Shown here in pieces: positions 1 through 12,090 of a DNA stretch of 64,000 nt; the stretch's first letter is position 1; each line of letters begins with the position of its first letter. The notes beneath the pieces were generated by a model. That model made no database searches, was not told the DNA's origin, and was given only the letters and a program-made list of their open reading frames with translations. The position numbers were made by a program, and so were the translations under genes. The DNA comes from Eledone cirrhosa (lineage: Eukaryota): NCBI GenBank assembly GCA_964016885.1, contig OZ024743.1, positions 358,794,001 through 358,858,000 on the forward strand. Direction: 5' to 3'.

Positions 1-342
1 TTGTGTATGAGAGGATGTGTCTATAAAACAAGTTGAGAGACTGCCGATTGATTTAATGTCCGATTGGTCAACTGACAGTTAATTATATTGAGGATGTGTA
101 AAGTTGGTCCGTTGGCGTCAGTGTAGTAGACATTCTAAATCCGGGTGGTTTTGAATGGATAGTGAGATTGCCGGACCGAATCATGCTTGCTCGTCACGGT
201 TTGTAGTTAGAGAATTTAGTGGCGCTTTGTGCCTACAGAAAATTGTTCGCTCCATCTTGCTATTGAGAAGCATTTTGTTATATTGTAGAATATGGAGTAG
301 CGCCATATTGCAGAGTCCACAGTGGGACATTCACACAAACAT

Positions 343-405
343 TTAAATACTCTCGTCAACTTTTAGACCGCCCGTAGTTTCGACGATTTAACTAAAAGGA
401 CTACG
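343..405 (-). ncRNA. Candidate hammerhead ribozyme with non-circularly permuted strand order
   Basis: Minus strand reads CGTAG-TC-CTTTTAG / TTAAATCGTC-GAAA-CTACG / GGCGGT / CTAAAAG-TTGACGA-GAGTATTTAA. Stem I CTAAAAG:CTTTTAG (7/7), stem III CTACG:CGTAG plus A15.1-U16.1, stem II 8/10 pairs, core UUGACGA, GAAA, GUC triplet. Confidence 0.55.
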
Positions 406-800
406 TAATATAGACGGGTCGTAACAACGGAGAGATAAATAACTCTGTTGGTATAATGTTTGTGTGAGGAATGAATAATTTCGATAGACAGGCAGACAAG
501 TCAGAGAGAGAGAAAATAAAGTGCGCCCACTCAGCCTCAGGTCACTGTAGAAAGGCAAAAACAATGGTCTTGTAAGCGGAAGTGACGAGTAGGAGCGGCA
601 GGTAGGAGAAGGGAGAAATAAATAAATAAATAAAGAAAGAAAGAAAAGAAGCAGTAAGAGAAAAGGACGAGCAGGGAGGGAAGGAGTAGCCAACAAACCT
701 CAGGCATGGCATCTGTCCAAAATAGAAAGCTACAATAGCTATGATAAAATATAAACAAAGTTATCTCGAATACCAAGTTTGAAACGCGACTGTATGATAA

Positions 801-804
<4 letters not shown>

Positions 805-852
<48 letters not shown>
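805..852. repeat. (TA)n microsatellite at the PLE terminus
   Basis: Pure TA run directly abutting the pseudo-LTR end. Confidence 0.95.
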
Positions 853-856
<4 letters not shown>

Positions 857-960
857 TAAACGGAATAGAAAATGCTGACAAATTGTTCAGTTGAAAAATG
901 GTTTAATTAGGAATAAAACAGTATTAGTAATTGTATTACAAATTCAGTTGTGGTTTTAAG

Positions 961-998
961 TTTTTACCGGTTGCGCATTTCTAAATGCTTTTCAAAAA
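961..998 (-). ncRNA. Minimal hammerhead-like motif (variant core) in the PLE pseudo-LTR
   Basis: TTT-TTGAAAA-GCATT(TAGA)AATGC-GCAA-CCGG-TA-AAA, in sense orientation downstream of the ORF. Palindromic ACCGGT stem III. Confidence 0.5.
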
Positions 999-1062
999 TA
1001 ATTTTGAGATAGAGTGTCCGTGTTGTTTGCTCTGATCTGATTAGTTTTGGGAATTCTACCTC

Positions 1063-1310
1063 TTTTTATGTTAAAAAAGTGGCTCCAGCGCTAGTTTGGT
1101 GTTGCAAAAATTCTTGTGGTCAAAACAATTTTGATTGGTCAGTAGAGGTCATATGAATGTAAAAAATTGATTTTGCGCCAAGACTGTTTTTATGTTAAAA
1201 AAGTGGCTCCAGCGCTACTTGGTGTTTGCAAAAATTCTTGTGGTCAAAACAATTTTGATTGGTCGGTGGAGGTCATGTGAATAAAAAATTGATTTTGCGC
1301 CAAGACTGAG
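1063..1310. repeat. ~120-bp tandem duplication inside the pseudo-LTR
   Basis: TTTTTATGTTAAAAAAGTGGCTCCAGCGCTA...GCGCCAAGACTG occurs twice here, twice in the inverted copy (5195-5440) and once in the copy at 11260-11405. Confidence 0.9.
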
Positions 1311-1414
1311 AAATGATTCTTTCACAACAAATATGTGTGTGTGTGTAGTAGTAGTAAGGTGTTCGATGTTGTGATAATGGTTAGCAGGGATGTGTGTCAA
1401 ATGGCTATTAAGAT

Positions 1415-1506
<92 letters not shown>

Positions 1507-1700
1507 GCAGAGTAATTCGTGGTAGCAGGGATGGTCAGTAGGAATGTGTCTGTAAGCAGTGGGGGGTATTTTAGCAGGTCAAAAGATATTTTTCAGCTTT
1601 TGTCTTATACGGAGAAGTGTGTGTGTGTGTAAGTCTCTTTGTATGTTAATGTACGCGTGTGTATGTGTGTATATATGTGTGTGTGTGTGTGTGTGTGAGA

Positions 1701-1742
<42 letters not shown>

Positions 1743-1855
1743 ACCAGTATTTTTTCCCCCTGGTAAAATGGTGTACATTATTCGATTTTTTCAGTAAAAT
1801 CGGTTCTCTTAATAGAACATCAAAAATCTTAACAATAAAAGGTGTGAAATGATAT

Positions 1856-1925
<70 letters not shown>

Positions 1926-2057
1926 TTTTTTTGTGTTGTACCATAGAGCATGTGTGTTTACGTATGTCATTGTGTTTATATGTGGGTAGAGATGTGTGCT
2001 GATGTAGGTATGTATGTTGACGTGTGTATGTTGTGGGTTCGTCTTAGGGAGAAGTGT

Positions 2058-4190
2058 TTAGACGGGGTCCGTATTTGTTAATGAAGTAAGATTCCTTGAT
2101 GATGCGCTGGTGTGGGTGGCATTATCTTTAAATTTGTAGAGGGGAAAGATTCTGAAGTTGGGATGATTTTGGGCGGCACAGGTATCAATGTGTTCACTCA
2201 GTGGTATTTTCCTGTATTCCCGTATTTTAATTTGGGATCTATGGACAGTCATGCGTTGGCGGAGGCTGTTTTTGGTCTGGCCTATGTATTGTTCTCGACA
2301 ACCTGAGCAAGTTAATACATATATTAGATTTTCCGATGCACATGTGAAATTGTGTTTTACTATAAAACGTTGTCCTTCTTTGAAATAGAATTCCGAACCC
2401 TCTATTAGGTTGATGCAAATGCCACAGTTGGGTCTATCGCATTTTTTTACTGTGGGTTTCGTTGTTGTGGTTGGCAGTACTTTGGCATGTGTTAGGATGT
2501 CTTTCATTGACTTGGATTGTCTTTTGCTCTTTATGATATCGTGTGTTCGTAGGATTTGGTTCATTCTGTGGTCCTTTTTCAACACAGGGATGTTCTGGAG
2601 GATGGTGTCAAAGGCCTCATTGTTGAAGGGGTTGTGTGTGGAGATGTATGGAAGAGCTTTTAGTTTCGGTTGATTTACTTTAGGGTGTCTAAGGTCCTGG
2701 GTACTGAGTTTTAGGGCACGTTGGATTCTATTTTCAATTAGTGATGCAGGGTAGTCCATGCCTATGAGTGTGTCCTTTAGTTCTTGTAGCCGTAAGTAGC
2801 AGGTGTTTTTATTGGAGACTATAGTACAGATTCTCTTGGCTAAGTTGTAGGGAATATTAATTTTAACGTGTCTAGGGTGGCAAGAGTTGAAAGGGAGATA
2901 TTGCTTGGAGTCTGTGGGCTTGTAGTATATGTCTGTTTCTATTTTTTCGTTATGGATCTTAATGAGGATGTCGAGGAAGGTGAGTTGTTGATGGCTGTAT
3001 TCCATCGTGAAGTTAATATTCGTGTTGAGCCCATTTATAAGGGTGTGAAATTCTTTAAGTTTTTCGATGTTTTCGTGCCAAAGGATGAAGCAGTCATCTA
3101 GATATCGCTTCCAGTTCCTTTCAATGTGTAAGTGGAGGGTGTTTCCAAATTTGTTTAGGACTTTAGTGTAGAGGGTGATTTCCAGGTATCCCATGACTAG
3201 GTTGGCATAAGTGGGGGCTGTTTTCGTTCCCATAGCGGTCCCAGATTTCTGCCTGTAGGGTTTGTTATTGAAAACGAAGTAATTGTTCTCCAAGATAAAT
3301 TTGAGTCCCTCTATCACGAATTCTTTTTTGATGCGTTGTGGGAGTTCATTGTGGAAATTATCCAGCCAGAATTGGATAGCTTCTATTCCTAGGTTGTGGG
3401 GGATGTTGGAGTATAGGTTGACTACATCGAACGTCACTAGTAGGGTTTGTTCAGAAAGTGGCATATTAGGGAGGTGATTGAGCATATCTAGGTCGTCCCT
3501 TATATAGCTTTTGATGTGTTTGAGAAAGGGTTTGAGAAGGGTATCAATGAAGTTGCTAAGGCGGTGGGTTTCGCAAGCGGGGCCTGCTATTATAGGTCTT
3601 AATTTGAGATCATTGGGTGAGGGGACATTGATGACTATGTCTGTGGCTTCCTTGCATGCCTTACTTATTAATTCGCTTTTATGTACTTTAGGGATACCGT
3701 AGAAAAGGCTGGATTTACTTGTGAAGTCTGTGATGAAGCTGAATTCCTTGTTAGTGAGTCCTTCTTTGTATTGGTTGATTAGAGTTTTTAGGTTTCTCAT
3801 AATTTTCTGTTGATTGTAGTGTTCAGCCTTTTCGTAGTATGTTTCGTTTTCCAAAGTGGAGAGCGCTAAGTTGATATGGAATTCTGTCTCCATTAGGACT
3901 ACTGTACTCCCTTTATCAGCCTCTTTAATTGTAATGGTTCTGTCGGTTTTTAATCTATTTAATTCTTCCCATTCTTTCTTGTTGAGGTTTGGCTTGTGTT
4001 TTTGTCTGTGCAAGTGTTGGTAAGGGAAGTTTGTGATGTGTTCACAGAATTCGTCCAGGATTTTATTTCTACCTTTTGAAGGGGTGTAATTGCTTCTATT
4101 TCTGGCTAATGATTCATCCTCATTGTACTGGTCGAAAAGTTGTTCACTAAGTCGTAACTTTCTACAGAAGTCTGTGATGTCTTCCTTCAT
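2058..4190 (-). CDS. PLE reverse transcriptase-GIY-YIG endonuclease polyprotein (frameshifted near both ends)
   Basis: Motifs ADKG, FYGIPKVHK, LRPII, TFDVVNLYSNI, GTAMG, RYLDD, FLD, YYKPT, CDRPNCGIC (Cx4Cx2C), NLIY..CSGC..YIGQT. The frame extends upstream to ~4300 (INLT..LLSKGLKFTPTP). The expected C-terminus (KESYFINKY..RLN) is in another frame near 2090. Confidence 0.92.
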   Translation of the reverse strand: MKEDITDFCRKLRLSEQLFDQYNEDESLARNRSNYTPSKGRNKILDEFCEHITNFPYQHLHRQKHKPNLNKKEWEELNRLKTDRTITIKEADKGSTVVLMETEFHINLALSTLENETYYEKAEHYNQQKIMRNLKTLINQYKEGLTNKEFSFITDFTSKSSLFYGIPKVHKSELISKACKEATDIVINVPSPNDLKLRPIIAGPACETHRLSNFIDTLLKPFLKHIKSYIRDDLDMLNHLPNMPLSEQTLLVTFDVVNLYSNIPHNLGIEAIQFWLDNFHNELPQRIKKEFVIEGLKFILENNYFVFNNKPYRQKSGTAMGTKTAPTYANLVMGYLEITLYTKVLNKFGNTLHLHIERNWKRYLDDCFILWHENIEKLKEFHTLINGLNTNINFTMEYSHQQLTFLDILIKIHNEKIETDIYYKPTDSKQYLPFNSCHPRHVKINIPYNLAKRICTIVSNKNTCYLRLQELKDTLIGMDYPASLIENRIQRALKLSTQDLRHPKVNQPKLKALPYISTHNPFNNEAFDTILQNIPVLKKDHRMNQILRTHDIIKSKRQSKSMKDILTHAKVLPTTTTKPTVKKCDRPNCGICINLIEGSEFYFKEGQRFIVKHNFTCASENLIYVLTCSGCREQYIGQTKNSLRQRMTVHRSQIKIREYRKIPLSEHIDTCAAQNHPNFRIFPLYKFKDNATHTSASSRNLTSLTNTDPV

Positions 4191-4944
4191 TTCATAGTAG
4201 TTAGGACGTAGTGGGGTCGGTGTGAATTTAAGACCTTTGGAGAGTAAGTTGATAAGGTTGGGTGTTGGTTCTGCACTAGTAAGATTGATAATTTTTATTA
4301 CTATCGGTTTCTCCTCCCTGTCTTGTGTTATTTTGTTTGCTTGTATCTGTGTGCTGTGTCTAAAAAATGGTTGGGGTAGAGGGGTTGTCTGCTGATGTTA
4401 AGTGGTCTCCTGTGTTTGTTATATTCCTTGTTGTAAAATGTGGTTCGGGTTGGTGGTTGTAGATTGAATGGGGTGTTCCTGTACTGCGAGTATGAGTGTG
4501 TGTTTCTATGTGCCATGTTGTATTGTGGTGTTATAAGTGGCCTACGTTGTTGGTTGTATCGTGTGATGTGGGTTTGTTGTGTATTGTGGAAGCGAGAGTT
4601 GAGAAAATGGTAATTACCTTGCTGTCGCCTTGAAGCGGGGAAGTTGTTACATCTATCATGGTGGTGGTATCTTTTCCCTATGTTTGACGATGAGGCATCC
4701 GCGTAGTAGTTGAGTGATTTGGTATGGTGTCTCCTTGAAGGGGGAAAGTTGTAAATGTCATTCTGGGGGAGATGATTTCTTGGGTTTTTGTTCCTTCTTA
4801 TGGTAGCGAGGTTGGGAAGTTCATCATATATACACACATACATACGCGTACATTAACATACAAAGAGACTTACACACACACACTTCTCCGTATAAGACAA
4901 AAGCTGAAAAATATCTTTTGACCTGCTAAAATACCCCCTCACTG

Positions 4945-5081
<137 letters not shown>

Positions 5082-5503
5082 ATCTTAATAGCCATTTGAC
5101 ACACATCCCTGCTAACCATTATCACAACATCGAACACCTTACTACTACTACACACACACACACACACATATTTGTTGTGAAAGAGTCATTTCTCAGTCTT
5201 GGCGCAAAATCAATTTTTTATTCACATGACCTCTACCGACCAATCAAAATTGTTTTGACCACAAGAATTTTTGCAGACACCAAGTAGCGCTGGAGCCACT
5301 TTTTTAACATAAAAACAGTCTTGGCGCAAAATCAATTTTTTACATTCACATGACCTCTACCGACCAATCAAAATTGTTTTGACCACAAGAATTTTTGCAA
5401 CACCAAACTAGCGCTGGAGCCACTTTTTTAACATAAAAAGAGGTAGAATTCCCAAAACTAATCAGATCAGAGCAAACAACACGGACACTCTATCTCAAAA
5501 TTA

Positions 5504-5541
5504 TTTTTGAAAAGCATTTAGAAATGCGCAACCGGTAAAAA
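5504..5541 (+). ncRNA. Second copy of the variant hammerhead-like motif (inverted pseudo-LTR)
   Basis: Same sequence as 961-998 on the opposite strand. Confidence 0.5.
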
Positions 5542-5697
5542 CTTAAAAACTTAAATCCACAACTGAATACTAACCCTTACAATTACTAATACTCTTTTAT
5601 TCCTAATTAAACAATTTTTCAACTGTGAACAATTTGTCAGCATTTTCTATTCCGTTTACCAATATATAATAACTTGTGTGTTACACCTCTATTCTTT

Positions 5698-5757
<60 letters not shown>

Positions 5758-5892
5758 ATAATTTTGTACATAGATCTGTTAAATATACATGCCAATTCTA
5801 ACACATATATATCCCAGAAACGATCGTTAAATAATGAACTTTTTTTGTTTAATATAAGGAACTGTTTCATTGTTTTATACATTATTTTTTTA

Positions 5893-5960
<68 letters not shown>

Positions 5961-5974
5961 TAATATAAGATCAA

Positions 5975-6141
5975 AAGGGGAATTTTTCATTGTTATTTTT
6001 TTGTTACATCCTCTGTTTTTGTTTTTTACACGCAGAAATGCCCATTTGTACCGTCCTGTATTGTCCTGCACTGTCCTTAATGTCTACTTTATGTAAACCC
6101 TTGTGGTTAATAAAGAAATCATTATTATTATTATTATTATT
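5975..6141 (+). mobile_element. Tx1-type LINE 3' end with AATAAA and (ATT)n tail
   Basis: Matches the reverse complement of the Tx1 3' UTR at 23283-23440 (ACACGCAGAAATGCCCATTTGTACCGTCCTGTA...GGTTAATAAAGAAA). Confidence 0.8.
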
Positions 6142-6144
6142 GCC

Positions 6145-6259
6145 ATTCTGAGTTCAAATCCCGCCAAGGTTAAATTTGCCTTTCATCCTTACGGGGTCGA
6201 TAAATAAAGTACCAGTAATACACTGGGTAATTGCTGGCCTTGTGCCAAAAGTAGAAACA

Positions 6260-6260
<1 letters not shown>
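6145..6260 (+). mobile_element. 5'-truncated tRNA-derived SINE
   Basis: B-box GAGTTCAAATCC followed by TTTGCCTTTCATCCTTACGGGGTCGATAAA, shared with copies at 14226, 14755-15062, 15294, 26272 and 46335-46590. Confidence 0.8.
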
Positions 6261-6325
<65 letters not shown>

Positions 6326-6408
6326 GTTATTACTCTTTGAGTCTCAGTCATTGATGTTAGTTAACTGGAAAGTTTGTTGAAATGAATATCAAGCCACTAC
6401 CTGCAGCC

Positions 6409-8400
6409 TCAGATATTCAGGACGTATCGGAGGGTTCTTGCTGTTCCCAGCAAGCATGCCTTTTGAAGCGTTCCAAAAAGCGTGAAGGGGCCAATTTTCT
6501 TTAACCATCCCTGGAAACTTTTTGAGATAGTCCCTAGTGCGCCCATGACAATCGGGATCACTTTGACTTCATGGCAGTTCCAAATCCTTTTTACCTCCCA
6601 CTTTAAGTCCTGGTATCGGTTAATTTTCTCCCTCTCCTTCTCTTGCACTCTCGTGTCGAATGGGCAGGCCACATCCACAATCAGGCACGATCTTTTTTCT
6701 TTGTCCAAAACCACCAGGTCAGGTCTATTGTGTTCCAGTTTCTTGTCCGTCTGTATCCTAAAATCCCACAGCACCTTCACCTGATCGTTTTCTATCACCG
6801 CCTCTGGCTTATGCTCATACCACTTCTCAGAATGTGGTAAATTGTTTACTTTGCATAGGTGCCAGTGGATCACCCTGCCCATCACATCATGTCTCCAGCC
6901 CTTATAGTGAGTATGAGCTAGGTCTTTACACTCGGATACAATGTGAGCCACAGTCTCCTCTCTCTCTCCACAGATCCTGCACAGTGGGCTAGCCTCCTCC
7001 TTGTAAATGTGGTGTTTCAACCACTTCGTTTTGAGGGCCTGCTTCTGCGCAGCCATTAACATTCCTTCTGTAGCCTTTTTAAGGTCTCCTCTTTTCAACC
7101 AGTTCCATGTCTGTGGATCTCTAAATTCAGTTTTCTCAAAGAAGGTACTATAAAGGGATTTTTCCTGAAGGCTGCTCTTTCTCCTTGATGTTATTTCCTC
7201 CTTGGACATCCCCTGGCCTATTGTCCCCTCCTTCAGTACAGTTCTGAGCATTGGCTCCTTACTATCAGTCACGTATTTGTGTAGGTTGTTTTTCTCCATC
7301 TGAACACAGTCCTCTATGCTGATAAGACCTCTTCCACCTTCAGATCTCCTTAAGTAGAGTCTATCAACATCACTCCTCTTGTGGAACATATTGTAGATAG
7401 TCAATAGCTTCCTAGTCTTCCTATCCATTTCTTTTTGTTCAGCAACATTCCATCTCAGAATTCCCGCACTGTACCTAATAATAGACACAGTTCGGGAATT
7501 TACTGCACTTATGGCATTCCTACTGTTCAGATGTGACTTTAATACGCTCCTTACTCTCCGAAGGTATTCAGTTCTTATCAATTCCTTCATTTTTTTGTTC
7601 TTGATGTCATCAGCCTCCAGAACGCTCAAATACTTGTATCCTTCCTCAGAGTCAATTTCCTTTATCATCTCACCTGTTGGTATCTGGATTCCGTTACTTT
7701 TGCTCAACTTACCCCTCCTCATCACAATGACTCCACACTTACTAATACCAAATTGCATACATATATCATTGCTGAAAATACGGACAGTGTCAACAAGCAC
7801 ATCCAACCCCTTCTCACTCTTCCCGAAGAGCTTAAGGTCGTCCATGAAGAGGAGGTGATTGATGGTAAGCCCTCCCTTTCCCAACCTGTATCCTGCTCTC
7901 ACTTTTCGCAGTACACTGGTCAGGGGCATCAGGGCAAGGACAAACAACAGAGGGGACAGACTATCTCCCTGGAAGATACCTCTCTTGATCTTTACGCTTC
8001 CCAAGGATTCTCCAGTTGATGTTAACTCTGTTTCCCAGGATTTCATACTTTTGCCCAACAACTGTCTGATGTTATCTGCCACACTGAAGATCTCCAGGCT
8101 TTTGGTGATCCAAGAATGAGGCACCATGTCAAATGCCTTTTTGTAGTCTATCCATCCCATGGCAAGACCAGTGTGTCTCCTCTTGCAATTCCTCATTACC
8201 ATCTTATCAATAAGTAACTGGTCCTTTGTACCACGTGACTTCTTTCGGCATCCTTTCTGTTCGTCCGGTAACAAATTGTTTGTGTGGAGGTGATGGTAGA
8301 TTTCCTCAGACATAATGCTTGTCAACAGTTTCCACATTACGGACAGACATGTGATAGGTCTATAATTGGTAACATCATTACCCTTGATTCGGTCTTTCAT
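6409..8400 (-). CDS. R4/Dong RT-RLE, C-terminal part
   Basis: [64 protein letters not shown]. Confidence 0.92.
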   Translation of the reverse strand: MKDRIKGNDVTNYRPITCLSVMWKLLTSIMSEEIYHHLHTNNLLPDEQKGCRKKSRGTKDQLLIDKMVMRNCKRRHTGLAMGWIDYKKAFDMVPHSWITKSLEIFSVADNIRQLLGKSMKSWETELTSTGESLGSVKIKRGIFQGDSLSPLLFVLALMPLTSVLRKVRAGYRLGKGGLTINHLLFMDDLKLFGKSEKGLDVLVDTVRIFSNDICMQFGISKCGVIVMRRGKLSKSNGIQIPTGEMIKEIDSEEGYKYLSVLEADDIKNKKMKELIRTEYLRRVRSVLKSHLNSRNAISAVNSRTVSIIRYSAGILRWNVAEQKEMDRKTRKLLTIYNMFHKRSDVDRLYLRRSEGGRGLISIEDCVQMEKNNLHKYVTDSKEPMLRTVLKEGTIGQGMSKEEITSRRKSSLQEKSLYSTFFEKTEFRDPQTWNWLKRGDLKKATEGMLMAAQKQALKTKWLKHHIYKEEASPLCRICGEREETVAHIVSECKDLAHTHYKGWRHDVMGRVIHWHLCKVNNLPHSEKWYEHKPEAVIENDQVKVLWDFRIQTDKKLEHNRPDLVVLDKEKRSCLIVDVACPFDTRVQEKEREKINRYQDLKWEVKRIWNCHEVKVIPIVMGALGTISKSFQGWLKKIGPFTLFGTLQKACLLGTARTLRYVLNI

Positions 8401-9800
8401 TATAAGAACTGTGACATCAAGCAGTCATTGAACATGGTTGTCAGTTTCGGGTGGAGGGATGTTATGTTTTTAATCCAATATCCCTGCACACCATCTGGGC
8501 CAGGTGATTTCCAGTTGGTTAGTTTTTTGGCCTGCCCCTTAAGAGTTTCAACTGTGATACTCAAATCAGTTTGTTGGCGTGCCTGTTCACTGATCTCCTT
8601 CTGTACTGTCTCAATCCACACTGCCTGGTCATTATGTTTAACATCCTGCTCCCATATTCCTCTCCAGAATGTTTTAGTTTGTTCCGCCTCAGGGATCAAG
8701 TCGTTGCCTCTTTCTTTCCCTTCAAGCTGTCCAAACAGCATCTTCTGGTTGTTGTCGAACATGCGGTTCTGTCTATACTGACTGACTCTGTTCTTGTATC
8801 GCCTGATTTTTGCACTCTTTGCTACAATGCGTTGCTTCAGTTCCTCTATGATAATATTTAGCTTTTTCCTCCTAGTTTTGTACTTTATTTCCAGTCTATT
8901 TTTAGTGTCTCTGTTTTTTAGTGTCCCATTCAGTAGGGACTCAAGCTTTCCAATGTCATTTCTCATTTCCCTGATTTGACCACTCAGTCGTTTCTTCCAC
9001 CAAGGCTCTGCTCTTTCTTGTCTGTTATTTTCTCTCGCTTTTATACCAAGTAGTTTCCTCACCGTATTTGCTGTTGCTTTGAGGATATTGTTGCACTGGT
9101 GAAGGCTCCTCGCCTCAAGGTATGGGATGACTTTGTTTACCTTAGCTGTTGTTTCTTTTAACTTTTTCCTGTCTACAAATCTTAGGTTCATAGGTCTCCC
9201 ACTATCATTGTTCAATTCATCTACCACTAAGTTTAGGATATCAACCAAATCTTGTCCTAGCCCGTCAGCATTCATCTCCTCAGTGGCCGTATCTCTGTTC
9301 CAGGTATTATTTATCTCAGCATTCAGATCATTGTCTGCTTCGGGTGGTTCCTCCGTTCTCTCGACCTCTTCACCTTCATTTCCCACTGGCTCGTTTGCCT
9401 GGCATACTCCACTCTCCATCTCCAAGCTAATCTCTCTGCTCAGTTCCCCCAGTTCCAGCTCGCTTATCCACCCATTAGTTCTTATTACCCGAGCCTGCCC
9501 GGCCAGTTTTTGTTCATCTAACTTAAATGGACCAATCCCGTTCCATATGTTATGCATCCTTTTCCTATAGCCTTTCTCCTTGGGGTTACTCTTCAGGTAA
9601 CATTGCATAACAGTTCTATTCAATTCTTTCGTCCAGTTGGTTCTGGTCCCTTTCCTTCTTCTTCTTCCCCCGACACCAGCAGTATTTGGTTGACAGCCAG
9701 GTCCCTGCTGCTGAGCCAGGGAGCATGTGTTGGGTGAAAGTCTGTCGCATGACATTCTAGTCTCCATTTCACCGTTATTCGAACTGTTTAGGTTCGACAT
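8400..9800 (-). CDS. R4/Dong ORF, N-terminal part
   Basis: Ends [16 protein letters not shown], the pre-RT motif. The junction at 8400 lacks the usual P.W...G.T.LI segment, consistent with a small deletion and frameshift. Confidence 0.88.
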   Translation of the reverse strand: MSNLNSSNNGEMETRMSCDRLSPNTCSLAQQQGPGCQPNTAGVGGRRRRKGTRTNWTKELNRTVMQCYLKSNPKEKGYRKRMHNIWNGIGPFKLDEQKLAGQARVIRTNGWISELELGELSREISLEMESGVCQANEPVGNEGEEVERTEEPPEADNDLNAEINNTWNRDTATEEMNADGLGQDLVDILNLVVDELNNDSGRPMNLRFVDRKKLKETTAKVNKVIPYLEARSLHQCNNILKATANTVRKLLGIKARENNRQERAEPWWKKRLSGQIREMRNDIGKLESLLNGTLKNRDTKNRLEIKYKTRRKKLNIIIEELKQRIVAKSAKIRRYKNRVSQYRQNRMFDNNQKMLFGQLEGKERGNDLIPEAEQTKTFWRGIWEQDVKHNDQAVWIETVQKEISEQARQQTDLSITVETLKGQAKKLTNWKSPGPDGVQGYWIKNITSLHPKLTTMFNDCLMSQFL

Positions 9801-10539
9801 TTAAACACTCTTATCGAGGATTGGCGAATGTATGGTTACATAACCACCGGTGAATTACTCGTCTCCGGTGGTTTCGTCACTCCACGTGACTTTTGTGTGG
9901 CATTATCACGCTGTAGACGAACCCAAATAAACAAACAAACAAACAGGTAGAAAAAACCCCAAATATGAATAAGCATAAGTTTCATTGTAATGTAGTGTTT
10001 GAATGTCTGACTTAGTTTTTCCCTTCCCATCTCTGTCCATCCGTTTGTTTTTCTCTTCATTTTTATTTCCTTTACGTTTTTCGTTGTTGCTGTGCTGCTT
10101 TGATTTTGATTTTTGTTTTTTTGATTTTGACCGGGTCATCAATTCAGTCTATTTATATATTTTGATGTCTTCCTCTTTTAGTGAGAATTCTATAATGTAG
10201 CAGGGGCTAGCGGGAGAGAATAGCGGCGGTAGTGATAATGAGGCAGTGGTGGTGGTGGTGGTGGCGGTGCTGTGCTAGCAGCAACTAGCAGGAGGTAGTG
10301 GGAGAGAATAGCGGTGGTAGCGATAATGAGGCAGTGGTGGTGGTGATGTGGTCGTATTACTGTAGTGATGGTGTTGAAGTTGGAGTAGAAATTTGAGTCG
10401 ACTTGACCAGAGTTTTCATCGTGGTAGTGGTGGTGGTATTGGTGGTGAAATTATCTTTAGTGAAATTATCATTAGTCGCGTATATGTGTTGACATATTTT
10501 TCTTAATATTGGAATTAAACATTTTGTTAAAACTAAAAC

Positions 10540-11678
<1,139 letters not shown>

Positions 11679-11694
11679 TATATATATATACATA

Positions 11695-11751
11695 CAGTGG
11701 AACTCGACTCACGAACGCCTCTCATCATGAATAAATAAGTTCAGGTAAAAT

Positions 11752-11811
<60 letters not shown>

Positions 11812-12090
11812 TTTTTTTTTTTTTTTAACGAACAAAACATGTCTTGGATCACGAATGGTGTCTCGAGTAACGAACACGCAAGCCGGCAACAACGGTTAGC
11901 CTGAAGCTTGGAGTATCGGCAGGAAAGCGTCACTTGCTGTGTAATTAGTTGCTATGGTGATATATATCTGTCTTTCACACGCATTCTCTCTCTCACTGTA
12001 TTCCTCCCTCAACATTTCGGATGGGATAAATAGTTTCGGTGTACGAATATTTCGTGTGACGAATTAAGTTCGTGAGCCGAGGTCCCACTT
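11695..12090. mobile_element. Tigger/pogo-like MITE
   Basis: Imperfect TIRs CAGTGGAACTCGACTCACGAAC ... GTTCGTGAGCCGAGGTCCCACTT, flanked by TA. Confidence 0.7.

Larger units (their letters stand above)
6260..9925 (-). mobile_element. R4/Dong-clade non-LTR retrotransposon (RT plus restriction-like endonuclease), near full length, ending in (TAA)n
   Basis: Single-ORF architecture split in two. N-terminal WTKELN..MQCY..SNP..GYRKRM motif, RT, CCHC and RLE domains. The 3' end runs into the TAA array at 6260-6331. Confidence 0.9.

Noticed and set aside
2058-4190. Assignment to Naiad-type (selenoprotein) PLEs because of (CA)n in the pseudo-LTR
   Set aside because: The endonuclease is C-terminal, whereas Naiads have it N-terminal, and no in-frame TGA at Cys positions was seen.
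6482-9737. Many plus-strand ORFs overlapping the Dong element, and antisense ORFs over the Tx1 and PLE copies
   Set aside because: Antisense shadows of retroelement ORFs, with no recognisable motifs.
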